Assembly (NCBI GenBank): GCA_964540895.1 | Contig: CAZIOP010000001.1 | Coordinates: 187,596 to 251,595 of the forward strand | Reading direction: 5' to 3' | DNA from: an uncultured Gammaproteobacteria bacterium | GTDB taxonomy: Bacteria; Patescibacteriota; Patescibacteriia; Patescibacteriales; Patescibacteriaceae | Length of the DNA stretch: 64,000 nucleotides | Position numbers and translations under genes: made by a program | In this document: in pieces, positions 61,655 through 64,000 of the stretch | Position numbering within the stretch: the stretch's first letter is position 1 | Layout of the letters: every line of letters starts with the position of its first letter | The notes under the pieces: generated by a model | Databases searched by the model: none | The model's input: the letters and a program-made list of their open reading frames with translations, nothing else | Told to the model about the DNA's origin: nothing

Positions 61655-62938
61655 ATGATGAAACAGATGTTAAAGAAACAATTAGCTGTAGCTGCTAAAA
61701 AGATTTTAGCCACCTATAAACCTGAGATTATAGGTGTGACTGGTAGTGTAGGCAAAACTACAACTAAAGAAGCCATTGCCACTGTTCTTGGCTCTCGCTT
61801 TAATGTTCGAGCTACCTACAAAAATTATAATAACGAAATTGGTGTTCCTTTAACTGTTATTGGCGCTACTTCCCCTGGTCGCTCACTTAAGGGTTGGTTA
61901 CAAGTATTTACACTAGCAAAAAAAATAAGTGCTGATGCTAAAACAACCTATCCGGAAATGTTAGTGTTGGAAATGGGAATTGATCATCCCGGAGATATGG
62001 ATTATTTAACTTCAATTGCTAAACCACATCGGGCAGTCTTAACACGTTTAGGTTCAGCTCACGCTGAATTTTTTTCTTCAATTTCTGAATTACATGCTGA
62101 AAAATTTAAGTTAGCACAAGCACTACCTGAGGATGGTGTGTTGATTTACAACTATGAAGATCCAGAGATAAGAAAAAAAGTAGCTGACTTTCCATATAAA
62201 AGTATTAGCTATGGCTTTAGTGATGGAGCTGATGTTAAAGCTGAAGCCAGTAGTCTTAACTTCATTACTGACAAAACACGGGTAGGCGTAAGTTTTAAAA
62301 TAGAATACGAGGGTTCAGCCGTACCAGTGTTTGTGCCTGGTTTAGTGAGCCGACCGGGTGTTCTTTCAGCCTTAGCAGCCGCTGCTGTTGCTTACAGCTA
62401 CAATTTCAATTCTATTGAGATATCTGAAGCCTTAGGTAAGTTTAAACCACCAGCAGGACGTATGAATGTGATGAGTGGCTTACGTGAAACATTAATCATT
62501 GATGATACATATAATTCATCACCAGAAGCAGTTAGTGAAAGTTTAGAAACATTATTTGAAATACCAAAAACTGATTATCATGAAAGTTGGATAGTTCTAG
62601 GTGATATGAGAGAATTAGGTGAGCGTAGTAAACAAGCTCACCAAGATATTGGAGCGTTAGTGGCTGACAAAAAATTTGATTATTTAGTGACTGTTGGACC
62701 TGAGGCAGAAGCTATCTTTGAGAGTGCTAAAGCAAATGGAATGAATATAAACAGAGTGTGGCATTTTGTTGAGGTTAAAGAAGCTGCAGAATTTTTAGCA
62801 GAGAAAATTTCTACTCAAGATATTTTGTTAATAAAAGGTTCACAAGCCGTTCGCTTAGAGAAAATAGTTAAACGGTTAATGAGAGAGCCTGAGAGAGCTT
62901 CAGAATTATTAGTACGACAAGGAAGTGAATGGAATTAA
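61655..62938 (+). CDS. murF: UDP-N-acetylmuramoyl-tripeptide--D-alanyl-D-alanine ligase
   Basis: GVTGSVGKTTTKE P-loop, NYNNEIGVPLT, DDTYNSSPEA motifs. Confidence 0.88.
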   Translation: MMKQMLKKQLAVAAKKILATYKPEIIGVTGSVGKTTTKEAIATVLGSRFNVRATYKNYNNEIGVPLTVIGATSPGRSLKGWLQVFTLAKKISADAKTTYPEMLVLEMGIDHPGDMDYLTSIAKPHRAVLTRLGSAHAEFFSSISELHAEKFKLAQALPEDGVLIYNYEDPEIRKKVADFPYKSISYGFSDGADVKAEASSLNFITDKTRVGVSFKIEYEGSAVPVFVPGLVSRPGVLSALAAAAVAYSYNFNSIEISEALGKFKPPAGRMNVMSGLRETLIIDDTYNSSPEAVSESLETLFEIPKTDYHESWIVLGDMRELGERSKQAHQDIGALVADKKFDYLVTVGPEAEAIFESAKANGMNINRVWHFVEVKEAAEFLAEKISTQDILLIKGSQAVRLEKIVKRLMREPERASELLVRQGSEWN

Positions 62939-62959
62939 TATAAATAATAAAAATAATAT

Positions 62960-63202
62960 ATGTGGGAAGAAAAAAATAATTGCCTAGTTCATGAATTTAT
63001 TTTCAAAGATTTTATTGAAGCTTTTGCTTTTATGACCTCTGTTAGTAATGTAGTTAATGAAATGGACCACCATCCAGAATGGTCAAATATTTATAACAAA
63101 GTAAGAATTTCGCTATCAACTCATGAAGCTGGAAATACTATAACTGACAAGGATAGAGAGTTAGCCAAGAAGATTGATAAGATTTTTTTATCTCAAAAAT
63201 AA
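62960..63202 (+). CDS. 4a-hydroxytetrahydrobiopterin dehydratase (PCD/DCoH family)
   Basis: 80 aa. F.F.DF..AF.FM..V...E..DHHPEW.N.YN.V motif. Confidence 0.85.
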   Translation: MWEEKNNCLVHEFIFKDFIEAFAFMTSVSNVVNEMDHHPEWSNIYNKVRISLSTHEAGNTITDKDRELAKKIDKIFLSQK

Positions 63203-63211
63203 CGTTAATTG

Positions 63212-63283
63212 TAGTCCCAAGGGGAATCGAACCCCTATTACCAGGATGAGAACCTGGCGTCCTAACCGTTAGACGATGGGACC
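63212..63283 (-). tRNA. tRNA-Glu (anticodon CUC), no encoded CCA
   Basis: Hand-folded: GGTCCCA acceptor, D arm GTCT-AACGGTTA-GGAC, anticodon arm CCAGG-TTCTCAT-CCTGG, T arm AGGGG-TTCGATT-CCCCT. Confidence 0.88.
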
Positions 63284-63294
63284 AAATATTAATA

Positions 63295-64000
63295 TCATCC
63301 TAACACAAAACCAACAAAATCTTTGTAGCCTCTAATAAATTCAGCACTGGTCATAGGCTTCTTACCTTCTAACTGTAAACGACGAACTAAAAGTGAGTTA
63401 GTCCCACATTGAACAGCTAGGCAACTATTATACAAAAACGTTTTGCCTGGTTTATACGTATTTATCTCAATACTTGTTTGATCTACTTCTAATATTTTTA
63501 ATTGCTTGCCTTTGATCCATGTCCAGGCTGAAGGCCAGGACGTCATGGCACGAGTAAACTGCTCAATGTTCTTGGCTGAATCATGCCAGTCAATGATACC
63601 ATCTTTTTTTTCCATACGACCAACGTAATTGGCTAACGTATTGTCTTGTGGTTGTGGCTGTATGGAGTCACTGAGATAGCCAGCTAGGGCATCAGGTAGA
63701 GTCTTGGCACCTAAGTCAGATAAGACTAATGCAAGTGAATCAGCTGTTTCATTAGGTTTGAGTTTATAGCTAGCTTGCTTGAGAAGTGGACCAGTATCAA
63801 GTGTTTTGTCCATTACCATTATAGTTACACCAGTGGTTTCATCACCATTGATAATGGGAGCTTGTAGAACAGAAGCTCCGCGATATTTTGGTAATAGTGA
63901 GCCATGCACATTTACCGCGCCATACTTTGGTAAAGCAAGAGTTGATTCGGGAATGATTTGGGCGTAAGCAACAACTACTAAAGCGTCAATTTCAAATTCT
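63295..64000 (-). CDS. fmt: methionyl-tRNA formyltransferase, C-terminal ~235 codons; the N-terminus lies beyond the right edge
   Basis: ..VVVAYAQIIPESTLALPKYGAVNVHGSLLPKYRGAS.. (HxSLLPxxRG). The reading frame stays open to position 64000. Confidence 0.9.
   Translation of the reverse strand, partial: EFEIDALVVVAYAQIIPESTLALPKYGAVNVHGSLLPKYRGASVLQAPIINGDETTGVTIMVMDKTLDTGPLLKQASYKLKPNETADSLALVLSDLGAKTLPDALAGYLSDSIQPQPQDNTLANYVGRMEKKDGIIDWHDSAKNIEQFTRAMTSWPSAWTWIKGKQLKILEVDQTSIEINTYKPGKTFLYNSCLAVQCGTNSLLVRRLQLEGKKPMTSAEFIRGYKDFVGFVLG

Noticed and set aside
41242-63967. Other small antisense or overlapping ORFs in the second half of the window (for example 41242-41481, 42885-43124, 46532-46783, 48314-48729, 52802-53077, 57951-58474, 59093-59383, 59773-61472, 63779-63967).
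   Set aside because: They are nested in or antisense to confidently called genes. No independent signals support them.
1-64000. CRISPR arrays, cas genes, restriction-modification, toxin-antitoxin pairs, reverse transcriptases/retrons/DGRs, prophage or transposase/integrase genes.
   Set aside because: I looked for regularly spaced 25-40-bp repeats and for the hallmark motifs of these families in every ORF and found none. The only methyltransferase (10828-11586) is a generic class I SAM enzyme without DNA-MTase motifs.
1-64000. Alternative genetic code (UGA recoding, as in some candidate phyla).
   Set aside because: Conserved genes such as mnmA, mutM and fmt terminate at TGA at the expected protein length. 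No conserved gene is broken by in-frame TGA.

Overview
AT-rich, gene-dense bacterial chromosomal window read with the standard genetic code. I count about 60 credible CDS and 2 tRNAs. I saw no rRNA, CRISPR array, transposase, integrase or phage genes.

Backbone: sodA, mnmA, dus, gpmA, rpmB, an ECF sigma factor with a membrane partner, hup, cspA, a DrrAB-like ABC exporter, htrA, mutM, mltG and rplJ-rplL with a leader. There is also a Wzz / O-antigen-ligase / GT4 surface-glycan locus, a compact mraZ-rsmH-ftsL-ftsI-murF block and fmt. Together with a 1276-aa Thr/Ser/Ala-rich surface protein, a zinc-ribbon/TSP3 protein and many orphan membrane proteins, this looks like a small-genome Patescibacteria/CPR-type organism. 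That placement is inferred from gene content, not from a search.

Main observation: the backbone is interrupted at several separate places by self-contained cassettes whose products carry diderm/FCB-style export signals. These are two tandem paralogs ending in textbook T9SS type-A C-terminal sorting domains, two OMP-like beta-barrel candidates, a lipobox lipoprotein and small secreted proteins.

The cassette genes have strong GGAG(G) Shine-Dalgarno sites, while essentially every backbone gene has none, and several backbone genes look leaderless. Four of the cassette 5' regions, plus the leader of micro-ORF 2, also share an A-rich 5'-UTR motif. Even so, the two T9SS cassette genes sit behind the same TTGACA-N14-TGA-TAnnnT promoter type as backbone genes, which argues against a simple assembly chimera.

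Other items worth a second look:
- a stand-alone promoter-to-terminator unit encoding two SD-led micro-peptides that both end in FGH
- an HTH gene with three AGTCTAC-N6-GTAGACT operators
- several candidate small or structured RNAs
- a 72-bp inverted-repeat element flanked by direct repeats
- a possible protein-glycosylation role for the Wzy_C ligase locus

All homology calls come from motif recognition by eye. RNA and promoter coordinates are approximate.
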